A stretch of 64,000 nt of DNA from a bacterium. Lineage in GTDB: Bacteria > Patescibacteriota > Microgenomatia > JAMCZE01. The DNA is taken from positions 223,765 to 287,764 of the forward strand of contig JAKBJL010000001.1 of NCBI GenBank assembly GCA_021836035.1, read 5' to 3'. The notes beneath the pieces are model-generated. The model had not been told where the DNA came from. It made no database searches and was given only the letters and a program-made list of their open reading frames with translations. Position 1 is the first letter of the stretch; each line of letters starts with the position of its first letter. The translations under genes and the position numbers were made by a program. This document shows, in pieces, positions 36,051 to 45,898 of this stretch.

Positions 36051-36488
36051 ATGAAAAGATTCGGGCTATCGGCGTTGGTAATTGTATCCTTTCTCTTTTA
36101 CGCCGCCCACCGGCAGACGGAAGGCAGTAGCGCGCTGGGTGGCGTGGCATCCCAATTGCCGTTAACTACGCCGCCTGCCGGGCAAAACCCCACTCCGGTC
36201 GGCAGAACTTATAAAGACGGGACTTATACCGGCGACCCCGCAGACGCATACTATGGGAATGTACAGGTAAAAGCGACGGTTGCCGGCGGCAAAGTTACCG
36301 AAGTGCAGTTTTTAGATTATCCCCACGACCGACGGACTTCGCAGATGATTAATATGATGGCGACGCCATTATTGCGTTCGGAAGCGATTCAGACGCAGAC
36401 CGCCCAGGTAGATATTATTTCCGGCGCGACGCAGACCAGCCAAGCCTTTATCGCTTCTCTCGGGTCAGCCCTTAGCCAAGCACAATAA
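36051..36488 (+). CDS. FMN-binding (flavinylation substrate) protein
   Basis: YKDGTYTG, YG.VQV, VDIISGATQTS flavinylation motif. Confidence 0.9.
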   Translation: MKRFGLSALVIVSFLFYAAHRQTEGSSALGGVASQLPLTTPPAGQNPTPVGRTYKDGTYTGDPADAYYGNVQVKATVAGGKVTEVQFLDYPHDRRTSQMINMMATPLLRSEAIQTQTAQVDIISGATQTSQAFIASLGSALSQAQ

Positions 36489-36490
36489 AC

Positions 36491-37237
36491 ATGAAACAGA
36501 CCCGCGACCTTTGGAATATGCCGATTACCGTGGAAATCGTTGCCCCCCGCGTTCCGGCGCTTATTTGGGACCGGGTCTATGATTATTTCCGTTTTATTGA
36601 CCGCAAGTTCAGTACCTATAAGCGGGCTTCGGAGATCAGCTTAATCAACCGCGGCGAATTAGCTCCGGAACAATATAGTCCGGAAATGAAGGAAGTGCTG
36701 CAGTTGGCGGAGCGGACCCGGCGGGACACTCTGGGCTTTTTTGATATCCGGGAGGGGGAAAGACTGGATCCCCTGGGCTTAGTTAAGGGTTGGGCGGTCT
36801 TTCGGGCGGCTAAAACCCTGCGGGGCGAAGGTTTCTCCAATTTCTATATTGAAGCAGGCGGGGATATCGAAGCCTCCGGAGTGAATAACCGGGATAAGCC
36901 CTGGAAAATCGGGATCCGTAACCCCTTTAATAAAACGGAAATTGTTAAAGTGGTTTACCTAAAAGACCGGGGTATTGCTACTTCCGGCAATTATGAAAGG
37001 GGCCGGCATATCCGTAACCCCCTGAACGGCAAATGGGCCGAAGGGATTGCCAGTGTAACGGTTATCGGCCCGAATGTCTACGAGGCGGACCGTTTTGCCA
37101 CGGCCGCTTTTGCCATGGGCCCCCGGGGAATAAATTTTTTAGCGACCTGTCCCGCCTTGGCGGGCTATATGATCGAGAACAACGGCCGGGCGGTTTATAC
37201 CAGCAATTTCCAGAAATATTTAACGGAAGATGCGTGA
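36491..37237 (+). CDS. apbE: FAD:protein FMN transferase
   Basis: FSTYK..SEIS..N, KGWA, AGGDI, W.IGIRNP, IATSGNYERG.HI.NP, AD..ATA.F.MG. Confidence 0.9.
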   Translation: MKQTRDLWNMPITVEIVAPRVPALIWDRVYDYFRFIDRKFSTYKRASEISLINRGELAPEQYSPEMKEVLQLAERTRRDTLGFFDIREGERLDPLGLVKGWAVFRAAKTLRGEGFSNFYIEAGGDIEASGVNNRDKPWKIGIRNPFNKTEIVKVVYLKDRGIATSGNYERGRHIRNPLNGKWAEGIASVTVIGPNVYEADRFATAAFAMGPRGINFLATCPALAGYMIENNGRAVYTSNFQKYLTEDA

Positions 37238-38744
37238 ATTTCTCGATCGGTTTTTAAATCGCACCACCACGTACCGGCTGATGCTTTACTACCTGATTTT
37301 TTTGGTCGGGACGGCGCTGCTTCTCTCGGCACTGGGAATTTTGCCGTTCAGCGCGGCAAGCCTGCTTTTTTCTGCGCTTTTCCTGGTCACAGTCGGCTGG
37401 ATTACCAACCTGGTTTTTGCCTGGGTGTTTGGGGCGGTCACCAATGTGGAATCGGTTTATATTACCGCTTTGATCCTGGCGCTAATTATTTCGCCGGTGA
37501 ACAGTATCTCCGGACTGGCTTTTTTGTTTTGGGCGGCGGTTTTAGCCATGGCGGGAAAATTTATTTTAGCCAGGCAGAAAAAACATCTGTTTAACCCCGC
37601 GGCGCTGGCGGTTTTTCTTACCGCGGTAATTTTGGGAGAATCTGCGACCTGGTGGGTAGGAAGTACTCCGATGCTTATTCCGGTGCTGGCCGGAGGAATA
37701 TTCATCGTACGGAAAGTTCAGCGGGAGCAATTGGTATTGACCTTTATCGTTACCGTCCTGCTGGTGAGTCTGGCTTTTAACTTTTCCTCCGGTCCGGAAC
37801 TGTTGCGACTTTTAACGGCCATATTTTTGGATACACCGATCTTGTTTTTTGCTTTTGTCATGCTGACCGAACCCCTGACCATGCCGCCGGTTGCTAATCT
37901 GCGATTGCTTTATGCCGCCCTGGTGGGTTTTCTTTTTGTTCCCCAGGTACATTTCGGCGGTTTTTATACAACCCCCGAAGCGGCGCTTTTAATCGGCAAT
38001 CTATTTTCCTATCTTGTCGGTTCTCAGAAACGCTTGGTTTTATCTCTGGAACAAAAAATACCGACGGGGACGGACACCTGGGACTTTCTTTTTTCCAAAA
38101 ACGAAGATTTTGGCTATCAGCCGGGGCAATATTTGGAATGGACGCTGCCGGGGGAACAGGCGGATAGCCGGGGGAACCGGCGCTACTTTACTTTGGCTTC
38201 TTCGCCGACCGAAAGCCATTTCCGCCTGGGAGTAAAAACTTATCAGCCGGCCAGCACTTTTAAACAAAAAATGCTCGCGATGCGGACAGGCGATACGATC
38301 ACCGCTTCGCAATTGGCGGGAGATTTTACCCTGCCCGGGGATCAAAAGGAGAAACTGGTGTTTATTGCCGGAGGAATAGGGATTACCCCCTTTAGGAGCA
38401 TGATTAAATATTTGTTGGACAGCGGGCAAAAAAGGCCCATCGTGTTGCTGTATGCCAATAAGACCGCCGACGAGATTTTGTACCGGGAGGTTTTTAGCGA
38501 AGCGGAAAGTACGGGAATAAAAACGGTTTATACCCTCACGGATACCAACGGGTTGCCGGACAACTGGAACGGTAGGACCGGGAGAATTAATGAGCAAATG
38601 ATCAAAGAGGAAGTTCCGGATTACCGGGAGCGCCTCTTTTATCTTTCCGGCCCCCGTTTTATGGTCACCGGTTTTGAGGAAGTCTTAAAGCGAATGGGAG
38701 TATCACGGGGCAAAATCAAAGTCGATTATTTCCCCGGGTTTTAG
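37230..38744 (+). CDS. RnfD/NqrB-like membrane domain fused to an FNR-type FAD/NAD-binding oxidoreductase
   Basis: KHLFNPAA, FVMLTEPLT.P; PGQY, RRYFTLASSP, FIAGGIGITPF, YLSGP, DYFPG. Confidence 0.88.
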   Translation: MREFLDRFLNRTTTYRLMLYYLIFLVGTALLLSALGILPFSAASLLFSALFLVTVGWITNLVFAWVFGAVTNVESVYITALILALIISPVNSISGLAFLFWAAVLAMAGKFILARQKKHLFNPAALAVFLTAVILGESATWWVGSTPMLIPVLAGGIFIVRKVQREQLVLTFIVTVLLVSLAFNFSSGPELLRLLTAIFLDTPILFFAFVMLTEPLTMPPVANLRLLYAALVGFLFVPQVHFGGFYTTPEAALLIGNLFSYLVGSQKRLVLSLEQKIPTGTDTWDFLFSKNEDFGYQPGQYLEWTLPGEQADSRGNRRYFTLASSPTESHFRLGVKTYQPASTFKQKMLAMRTGDTITASQLAGDFTLPGDQKEKLVFIAGGIGITPFRSMIKYLLDSGQKRPIVLLYANKTADEILYREVFSEAESTGIKTVYTLTDTNGLPDNWNGRTGRINEQMIKEEVPDYRERLFYLSGPRFMVTGFEEVLKRMGVSRGKIKVDYFPGF

Positions 38745-38771
38745 ATAAACTCCATCGTTTATAGAAGAATT

Positions 38772-38796
38772 TACCCCCGAGCTAAGCTCGGGGGTA
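38772..38796. terminator. Bidirectional terminator or REP-like hairpin between convergent genes
   Basis: TACCCCCGAGC-TAA-GCTCGGGGGTA followed by a T run. Confidence 0.7.
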
Positions 38797-38823
38797 GTTT
38801 TTCAGGCTGCGGAAGTGATTTTT

Positions 38824-39282
38824 TTACTGCGTCGGGGCAGGGGTCAACGTGGGTTGTCCGGAAGTTCCCGGGCGACCTAAAAACCCCTGCGGATTTAATT
38901 GTATATCCTGCGCGGTTATCGTTCCGTCGGAATTAACAGTGCCGAAGACAGCGATTTGCTTGCCGTTTTGTAAATCGCTTTTAGCGGCGCTGGTTGACTG
39001 GGTAATAACGGTATTTCCGGAGAGAATCACAATACGGCTGCTGCCGTCGGGCATTTTAATTGTCAGGTTATTGTTGCTGAGGCTAAGAATCTCTCCCCGG
39101 ACTGCGCGGTTATTGTTGTTGCCGTTCGGGCCGAAGCGCCGTCCATCGTTGTTGCCGTTCGGGCCGTTCAACCGTTGAACAAGGGCGCCGCGCTGCGACT
39201 GTTGGTACTGCATCCCGCCGTAAAAAGCGGCAGCGCCGACGGTAACGGCAATAATGATGGTGAGAACCCAAGGATTTTTCAT
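38824..39282 (-). CDS. DUF5666-like OB-fold membrane-anchored protein
   Basis: AFYGGMQYQ, VRGEILS...LTIK..DGSSRIV, V.GT.NSDG.ITA..IQ. Confidence 0.7.
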   Translation of the reverse strand: MKNPWVLTIIIAVTVGAAAFYGGMQYQQSQRGALVQRLNGPNGNNDGRRFGPNGNNNNRAVRGEILSLSNNNLTIKMPDGSSRIVILSGNTVITQSTSAAKSDLQNGKQIAVFGTVNSDGTITAQDIQLNPQGFLGRPGTSGQPTLTPAPTQ

Positions 39283-40211
39283 TAGTTTTTCACCTCCCTT
39301 CTTCGGGAGGGGCTTTTCCTTTCCCCGGCTAAAAAGGCGGGTAAAGGCAGCCTGGCCCAGATTTGTTGCCTTTTAATTACCAAATAAAAAGCGATGAAGG
39401 CGTAAAGAACACCGGCAGCGATATCAAAGAAATAATGTTCGCCGAGGTAAATGATGGAGAACCAGACCCCGGCAACGTAAGGGAGAAGAAGCAAGCCCCA
39501 GGCGCGAAAGCGGTTGGTAAGGAAAAGCAGCGTCAAAAACGGATAAGCGGCATGGAGCGAAGGCACGGCGGCAACCAGATTGGCCCCGAAAAAACTGTAA
39601 ATCGTCGGCAGACTCATGGCCTGGGGAAAATTAACGGAAACCTTGCTGGCGATATTTAAAATGGGTGGGATGAAGCCTTGTTGCGCTGCCATCCAAGGCG
39701 GGACGGTCGGGAAAAGCAAGTAAGTAACGAAAGCCATATAAGACAATATGAGAATTCCCAAGTAATATTCTTTAAATATTTCCTTGCGGGAAAGCCAAAG
39801 AATAAAACCGACAAGAAGGAAAAAAACGAAATGGGTTTCGTAAAGCAGAGTAGCTAAGTAGTCGTACCATTGGAAATGGTTGCCGGCAAAAAGCAGCTTT
39901 TGTAAAGTGACGGTGGGAACAGTGCCGCCGAAGAACAGTTCGTCAAATTTAATCATAGGTAGGGCGTGGGCTTGGGTCGTTAGTTTCGGGACAAAATCGC
40001 GGAGCGACTCATAACCCAGAAAGAGGGCGATGGGAGAAATCCAATCCTGAAGAAACTGTCGGAAGCGGCCCAGGATCAGGGCGGCAACCAGGGCAGCGGC
40101 AAAAAATTGGTCCGGGGAAAACCACATCCGGTGCCAGAGAAGGTAGGCGCTCAGAATTGCCAGATAAAGAACGGAAAGAACGCAGACAACTTTATAACTT
40201 AAATTACTCAT
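39282..40211 (-). CDS. PAP2-superfamily (IPC synthase/AUR1-like) membrane protein
   Basis: PTVPPW, AAVPSLHAA, YLGEHYFFD. Confidence 0.85.
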   Translation of the reverse strand: MSNLSYKVVCVLSVLYLAILSAYLLWHRMWFSPDQFFAAALVAALILGRFRQFLQDWISPIALFLGYESLRDFVPKLTTQAHALPMIKFDELFFGGTVPTVTLQKLLFAGNHFQWYDYLATLLYETHFVFFLLVGFILWLSRKEIFKEYYLGILILSYMAFVTYLLFPTVPPWMAAQQGFIPPILNIASKVSVNFPQAMSLPTIYSFFGANLVAAVPSLHAAYPFLTLLFLTNRFRAWGLLLLPYVAGVWFSIIYLGEHYFFDIAAGVLYAFIAFYLVIKRQQIWARLPLPAFLAGERKSPSRRREVKN

Positions 40212-41427
40212 ATCTCAAAGCTTCAATTGGACTTAAGTTGGCGGCTTTGCGGGCAGGATACCAGCCGAAAACAATACCGATAGCAGCGGAAACGCCGAAG
40301 GCAGTAATGATCGACGATAGGGAAATAGTAAACGGCAAACTGATGACCTTGGCGATAATATAGGATAGGGTGGTGCCCAAAATCATTCCCAGTACTCCGC
40401 CGCCGAAAGTTAAGATGATGGACTCAATTAGAAATTGCGCCACGATAAGGTTTGCTTGTGCCCCCAGGGCTTTGCGCAAACCTATTTCGCGGGTCCGCTC
40501 AATTACCGTCACCAACATGATATTCATAATCCCGATGCCGCCGACCAAAAGGGAAATAGCGGCAATGCCCGACAAGAGGGAGGTAAAGGTACCGGTTACC
40601 TGGGAAGCGGCGCCTAAAATATCCGCTTGGGAAAAAATGGAGAAGTCTGCCTGGGTCGGATCGCTGAGATGGTGGCGGGCTAAGAGAAAATAACCGATTT
40701 GATTTTGTGCCGTCGTCATGTCGTTCGCGTCCTTTGCCTGGACGGCAATGGAAGATATATAGTCGACGCCGAATAAAAGTTTTTGGGCCGAGGTTAAGGG
40801 AACCATAATCAGGTCATCCTGATTGCCAAAGCCGGTTCCTCCCTTGGATACTGTTTCCCCGATAATACGGAAAGCGATTTTATTGATGCGGACGGTTTGC
40901 CCTACCGGATCGGTACCATCACCGAACAGGTCGCTCGCGGTCGTCGGCCCGATGACCGCCACTTTGCTCATCGAATCCACATTATCGGTACTAATAAAAT
41001 TGCCTTCCTGCAGGGAAATATTATGGACCGTTTCGTAGGCCGGTGTTACTCCGATAATTTGGGTATTGGTATTATTGGCTCCGGTAGTGACTTGCGCCCG
41101 CCGCTGCAATTCCGGGGAGACCGCGGCAACGGTAGTAATCTGCGGCGAACTGGCGATGGCTTTAGCATCTTCATAAGTTAGGCTGGTTGCCCCGCCGAAT
41201 CCGGTATTAACTCCGCCGGACCGTTGCGAACCGGGGATGACAGTTAAGAGGTTGGAACCCAAGGATTGAATAGACGATTGCACGGACATCTGGCCGGATT
41301 GCCCAAGAGAAATCAGGGCAATAACGGCGCCGATACCGATAACAATTCCCAGCGCCGCCAGGAAGGTGCGCATTTTGTTAAGGCTTAAAGCCTCCAGCGC
41401 CGATAAAAAAAGCTCACCTATGTCCAT
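40204..41427 (-). CDS. MacB/FtsX-family ABC permease
   Basis: RTFLAALGIVIG, SLGSN, LLVGGIGIMNIML..V.ERTREIG.RKA.GA, PA.KAA...PIEALRYE. Confidence 0.95.
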   Translation of the reverse strand: MDIGELFLSALEALSLNKMRTFLAALGIVIGIGAVIALISLGQSGQMSVQSSIQSLGSNLLTVIPGSQRSGGVNTGFGGATSLTYEDAKAIASSPQITTVAAVSPELQRRAQVTTGANNTNTQIIGVTPAYETVHNISLQEGNFISTDNVDSMSKVAVIGPTTASDLFGDGTDPVGQTVRINKIAFRIIGETVSKGGTGFGNQDDLIMVPLTSAQKLLFGVDYISSIAVQAKDANDMTTAQNQIGYFLLARHHLSDPTQADFSIFSQADILGAASQVTGTFTSLLSGIAAISLLVGGIGIMNIMLVTVIERTREIGLRKALGAQANLIVAQFLIESIILTFGGGVLGMILGTTLSYIIAKVISLPFTISLSSIITAFGVSAAIGIVFGWYPARKAANLSPIEALRYE

Positions 41428-42121
41428 AGAATTTATGCCCATTTAATTGGTCGCTTGCCAATTTGCCGTCTTTCAACTGGATGACTCTTTTAGTATAAGC
41501 GGCAATATCCGGTTCATGGGTAATCATGATAATAGTATGACCCTTTTTATTTAAATCGGTAAATATTTTCATAATTTCTCCGGCCTGAACACTGGAAATA
41601 TTTCCGGTAGGTTCGTCGGCTAAAATAATTGCCGGGTCCATGGCTAGAGCCCGGGCAATAGCGACCCGCTGCATTTGACCGCCGGAGAGCTGACTGGACG
41701 TATGATCCATGCGGTCAGCCAGTCCTACGATAGTTAGCATTTCCTTAGCCCGGCGTTCCCTTTCTGCCTTGGGAATGCCGGCGTAAATCATAGGCAGCAT
41801 GACGTTTTTCAAGGCGGTAGTCCTTGGTAAGAGGTTAAAAGCCTGGAAAACAAAACCGATTTTTTTGTTGCGCAATTCTGCCAATTTATTTTCCGGCAGC
41901 TTATTGACCTCCGTGTCTTCAATATAGTAGGTTCCGGAGGTAGGCTTATCCAGGGCGCCGATGATATGCATAAGGGTGGATTTACCCGAACCGCTTGGCC
42001 CCATAATGGCCACGAATTCACCTTTATTTACGGAGAAGGAAACATCCTCCAGGGCGACGGTATTTACCGAATCGTTGGCATAAATTTTTCCGAGATGGGA
42101 AGCTTGGATAATGGTTGCCAT
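41414..42121 (-). CDS. MacB/LolD-family ABC ATP-binding protein
   Basis: GPSGSGKST, LSGGQMQRVAIARAL, ILADEPTG, ITH. Confidence 0.96.
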   Translation of the reverse strand: MATIIQASHLGKIYANDSVNTVALEDVSFSVNKGEFVAIMGPSGSGKSTLMHIIGALDKPTSGTYYIEDTEVNKLPENKLAELRNKKIGFVFQAFNLLPRTTALKNVMLPMIYAGIPKAERERRAKEMLTIVGLADRMDHTSSQLSGGQMQRVAIARALAMDPAIILADEPTGNISSVQAGEIMKIFTDLNKKGHTIIMITHEPDIAAYTKRVIQLKDGKLASDQLNGHKFYGHR

Positions 42122-42130
42122 ATTTTTTCA

Positions 42131-43393
42131 TTAACCGCCACCGCCCCTCCGGAACACCGCTCCGCCGCCTCCGCCGAAACGGAAAGCGCCGAAGGGGGAA
42201 GAGGCAGATTGGCTGGCGGGAGTGGTTAGCCCGCCGATAATTACGGTATCACCCTCAGAAAGCCCGGAAGTAATTTCGGTTTGGGTATCAGAAGCCAGCC
42301 CCGTTTCCACCGCGACTGTCTGTACCTGGCCGTTTTTTAGAATCCGGACTGTCGATTGCCCGTTACGTGTCTGGATGGCAGCCGTCGGTACCAGGAGAAC
42401 ATTATCTTTAGTCTGCACGATAATGTTGGCGTTAACAGACATGTTGGGCAAAACATTATCGGGAGAGGTATCGAATTGAATGACCGCCGGATAGTTAGTC
42501 ACATTGGAAGTAACGAGGCCGCTGCGGTTGATGCCGGTGACCGTTCCGGTGTAAGTCATTCCCGGAAGAGCATCTAGGGTTAAAGTCGCTTTTTGTCCTT
42601 CTTTTACTTTGGTAACGTCCACTTCCGAAAGATTAAAGGTGGCGGTCGGGGCGTTGTTGGTAACGATGTCTCCAACGGTAGTTGCCGAAGGGACATTGCT
42701 GCTGTTGGTTTGGCTGGTAATTGCCATGCCCGGGGTTAAGACTAAATCAGCAACCACTCCGGAGCCCGGGGCGGTAACTATCGGCGAGGAACCTTGGTAA
42801 TTTAGCCAGGCATTAGAAAGAGCGGCTTGGGCTTGGCCGATAACATTGGCTTGGTTTTTATAAGAAGCTTCTGCGGCCAGCCAGGTAGCATTTTCCTCAA
42901 TATAAATCGGGTCGCTGGTAGAAAGATCCCGTTCTACCGCGTCGTTCATAAACTTCTGATTAGCGACGAATTCCTGGTTTTGTAAGGTCCAAAGCTGTGT
43001 CTGGGCAGAAGCTAAATTGTTTTGGGCGGCAAGGACGGCGGACCAGGCCGAAGCGGTCCGTTGCTGGCCGGTTTGGTCCAGTGAGAGTTCTAGAATATTT
43101 TGCCCGGCGGAAACCGTATCGCCGTTTTTCACAAAAATTTGTTTAATCTGGCCGCTGCCCTGGGTGGTAATCGGCAAGCGGTTGGCTGTAGCCATTTGGC
43201 CAGATTCGGAAACGGAGGAGACGATCGTTCCGCGGGTAACGGTCGCGGTCTGGTATTGGGTAGCGGCGGTTCGGGCACTCCCCAATTTAGTATAAAGTAC
43301 CCAACCGACGAAAAGAATAACGGCAAGAGCAGCAAGTTTTACCTTCAGATCTTTTTTCCAGAACCAGTAAAAGATATTTTGCACTCTGTTCAT
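42131..43393 (-). CDS. Periplasmic adaptor (MacA/HlyD-like)
   Basis: Lipoyl-like VKNGDTVSAGQ, coiled coil, APGSG, VKEGQKA, LLVPTAAI, VETGL...TEITSGLSEGD. Confidence 0.9.
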   Translation of the reverse strand: MNRVQNIFYWFWKKDLKVKLAALAVILFVGWVLYTKLGSARTAATQYQTATVTRGTIVSSVSESGQMATANRLPITTQGSGQIKQIFVKNGDTVSAGQNILELSLDQTGQQRTASAWSAVLAAQNNLASAQTQLWTLQNQEFVANQKFMNDAVERDLSTSDPIYIEENATWLAAEASYKNQANVIGQAQAALSNAWLNYQGSSPIVTAPGSGVVADLVLTPGMAITSQTNSSNVPSATTVGDIVTNNAPTATFNLSEVDVTKVKEGQKATLTLDALPGMTYTGTVTGINRSGLVTSNVTNYPAVIQFDTSPDNVLPNMSVNANIIVQTKDNVLLVPTAAIQTRNGQSTVRILKNGQVQTVAVETGLASDTQTEITSGLSEGDTVIIGGLTTPASQSASSPFGAFRFGGGGGAVFRRGGGG

Positions 43394-43435
43394 AGAGTTT
43401 TTACTATTAATATAGGAAAACAATAATGACTTAAA

Positions 43436-43452
43436 CTGAAATTCTGCTGAAA
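43436..43452 (-). promoter_or_regulatory. Putative OmpR-family binding box (TTTCAG-N5-TTTCAG)
   Basis: 11-bp-phased direct repeat upstream of the adaptor/ABC operon; the same box occurs at 45200-45216. Confidence 0.6.
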
Positions 43453-43462
43453 AGGGGCAGTA

Positions 43463-44500
43463 TTAAGATCCGGCGCGTATTAACGGCAGGGAAACAGAGA
43501 TTGTTGTTCCTTCTCCCGGTTGGCTTTGCACGCTGATAGTACCGTGATGACTTTCTGTAATTTTCTTGGCGATCGCTAAACCCAAACCGTACCCCCCGGC
43601 CCCGGATTTTTGCCGGGCAGAATCCGCCCGGTAGAAACGATCGAAAATATAAGGCAGGTCTTCTTTATTGATACCGATACCCTGATCTTTAACGGTAATA
43701 ACAAGCAGATGATCGATTTCCCGGGCAGAAATCCGGACCACACTTTTCTCCGGACTGTATTTTACCGCATTGTCCAGCAATATTACCAGCAAATTTATCA
43801 GCGCGTCTTTATTACCCGAGATTTTCCGATCGGCCAGTTCTTTGCGGAGCGTCACTCGTTTTTCCGAAGCTATGGGGGCAATTTTTTTTACCGCTTCATT
43901 CGCAATTGCTGATAAAGAAAGAATTTCAAATTGCATTTTATTAACCGTTTTTTGGTATCGGGTGAGTTGCAACAGGCTTTCGGTTAGAGATTGCAGCTTA
44001 TTGACTTCACCGAGGTTTTGGGAAAGCAGGGTTTTAACTTCGGCTATTCTTAAATTTTTATCCCGCAGGTTAACTTCTATCGCCGCTTTTAGTGAGGTAA
44101 GAGGGGTTTTTAATTCGTGGGAAGCATCGCTGATAAAACGGTTTTGTTCCTCCATCATTTCCTGAATAGGTTTTAGAGTTCTGCCCGCCAGAAAATAACC
44201 CATGCCTGCGGAGAATAAGAGAATACCACCGTTGATAGCAAGCAGCGTCAGAAGGAGCCGCCCTTCTGTTTCGTTAACTAATTCCGGATCCGGAGGCGGC
44301 AGCAAATTTTGCCGCGGGGGTAAGGGTGAGCCCCGCTGATTTTCCAGATAGCGGCGTTCAATCCGGAAACGCTGTGCGCGGGCAAATCTCTCCAGTTCCG
44401 TTGCTTCCACCCGGTAAATTGTCAGACTAAAGACGGTGCTGACCAGCATGATCATCAGAAGGTACCAGGCAGTAAGTTTTAACCGCGCGGAATTAAACAT
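43463..44500 (-). CDS. Sensor histidine kinase
   Basis: DASHELKTPL, LLDNAVKY, DQGIGI, FDRFYR, GYGLGLAI. Confidence 0.96.
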   Translation of the reverse strand: MFNSARLKLTAWYLLMIMLVSTVFSLTIYRVEATELERFARAQRFRIERRYLENQRGSPLPPRQNLLPPPDPELVNETEGRLLLTLLAINGGILLFSAGMGYFLAGRTLKPIQEMMEEQNRFISDASHELKTPLTSLKAAIEVNLRDKNLRIAEVKTLLSQNLGEVNKLQSLTESLLQLTRYQKTVNKMQFEILSLSAIANEAVKKIAPIASEKRVTLRKELADRKISGNKDALINLLVILLDNAVKYSPEKSVVRISAREIDHLLVITVKDQGIGINKEDLPYIFDRFYRADSARQKSGAGGYGLGLAIAKKITESHHGTISVQSQPGEGTTISVSLPLIRAGS

Positions 44501-45176
44501 AATTTTCTCCCAGCCGATAACCGAAACCCCTGACGGTATGGATTAGAGGTTTCTGGCCTTTAAAGGGCAAATCAATTTTCCGGCGCAGATTGCGGATATA
44601 GACTTCGACAGTATTAGGCAGAATATCTGCGTCATAATTCCAGACATGGTTAATAATCTGATCTTTGGAAAGGATTTTACCGGCATGACGCAGGAGAAAC
44701 TCCAGAAGCGAGAATTCCCGGGCGGAAAGGGAAATATTCCGGCCATTTCTTTCTACCCGGAAAGAACCGGTATCCAGTTTTAAGTCTTCAGCTGCCAGAA
44801 CTGTTCCCAGCATATTTTGGGGACGGCGGGAAAGCGCCCGGACCCGGGCTAACAATTCTTCAAAAGAAAAAGGCTTAGTAAGATAATCGTCTGCTCCGGC
44901 ATCCAGTCCGGAAACTTTATCTTCAATTTGTCCTTTAGCGGTTAAAATTAAGACTGGGGTATGAATTTGTTTTTGGCGTAATTCCCGACAGATCGTCAGC
45001 CCATCCATACCCGGCAGCATTAAATCTAAAATGAGCAGATCATATTCTTCGCCGCAGGCTAAATCAAAACCGTCATCGCCGGAGAAGGCAATATCGACCG
45101 CGTAATGTTCCTGCTCCAGCCCCTTTTTAATGGAGTTAGCGATCAGATGCTCGTCTTCTACCACCAGGATACGCAT
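44493..45176 (-). CDS. OmpR/PhoB-family response regulator
   Basis: ILVVED, ILDLMLPGMDG, GADDYLTKPF, HTVRGFGY. Confidence 0.97.
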   Translation of the reverse strand: MRILVVEDEHLIANSIKKGLEQEHYAVDIAFSGDDGFDLACGEEYDLLILDLMLPGMDGLTICRELRQKQIHTPVLILTAKGQIEDKVSGLDAGADDYLTKPFSFEELLARVRALSRRPQNMLGTVLAAEDLKLDTGSFRVERNGRNISLSAREFSLLEFLLRHAGKILSKDQIINHVWNYDADILPNTVEVYIRNLRRKIDLPFKGQKPLIHTVRGFGYRLGENYV

Positions 45177-45184
45177 ACAGTCAT

Positions 45185-45216
45185 ATTATACTCACCTTAC
45201 TGAAAGTAAACTGAAA
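45185..45216 (-). promoter_or_regulatory. Response-regulator promoter with putative autoregulatory box
   Basis: TTTCAG-N5-TTTCAG-N9-TATAAT upstream of the ATG. Confidence 0.6.
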
Positions 45217-45561
45217 TTTAGGCGATACCGCTTGCGTTTGGCTTAGGATAAGCGAAAACGTTACCGTTATTAACTTGTGGTTTGCCTAAATTGCTTTGGC
45301 CGGGGTTTTCGTCCCGTTTTCCGGATACCGGCTAAGCCTTTTAGTTACCGAAGTAAACAAAATATCTTGCCGGCGCCGCAAATTCCCGAGCGCTTGGTGA
45401 TTACCACCGTCGGTTTGGATAAGAACCGGCGGATTACTGTACCGGAAAATATTTGTTCTTACAAGATTCATGCATAAACCCGGTCTGTCTCTCTTGCCGA
45501 AAGCCTAGAAATAAAACGAAAGAAAGAAGTTGCAAAATCGAGAGGAGGTGAGTTAGATTAT

Positions 45562-45813
45562 ATGGAAATTCTGCTCTGGATTATTTTAGGAGGACTTTCG
45601 GGATGGCTGGCCTCAATTATAATGAAAGCCCCCAACGGCGTTCTTATGGATGTAGTCTTGGGAATTATCGGCGGGGTGATTGGGGGATTTTTAATGAGTA
45701 TTTTCGGCCAGCCCGGGATTACGGGATTTAACATTTATAGTGTTATTGTCTCAGTGGTCGGGGCAGTGGTCCTGATTTGGCTGGGCCGGGTGATTTTACG
45801 CACTAACCTATAA
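45562..45813 (+). CDS. GlsB/YeaQ/YmgE (transglycosylase-associated) membrane protein
   Basis: WIILG...GWLAS.IM, LGIIG.VIGG, V.GAVVL; SD GGAGGTG. Confidence 0.9.
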   Translation: MEILLWIILGGLSGWLASIIMKAPNGVLMDVVLGIIGGVIGGFLMSIFGQPGITGFNIYSVIVSVVGAVVLIWLGRVILRTNL

Positions 45814-45840
45814 ATTTCGGGTTTACGAAAAATAGCTAAT

Positions 45841-45872
45841 GGGCGGGCCGCAAAGAGGATGGTCCGCCTTTT
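45841..45872 (+). terminator. Rho-independent terminator
   Basis: GGGCGGGCC...GGTCCGCCT plus a T run. Confidence 0.5.
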
Positions 45873-45898
45873 AGTTGCAACTTGTAGTAAAATATGCC

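Noticed and set aside
45277-45477. Sortase-like remnant (PERLVITTVGLD)
   Set aside because: Too short and degenerate to support a call.
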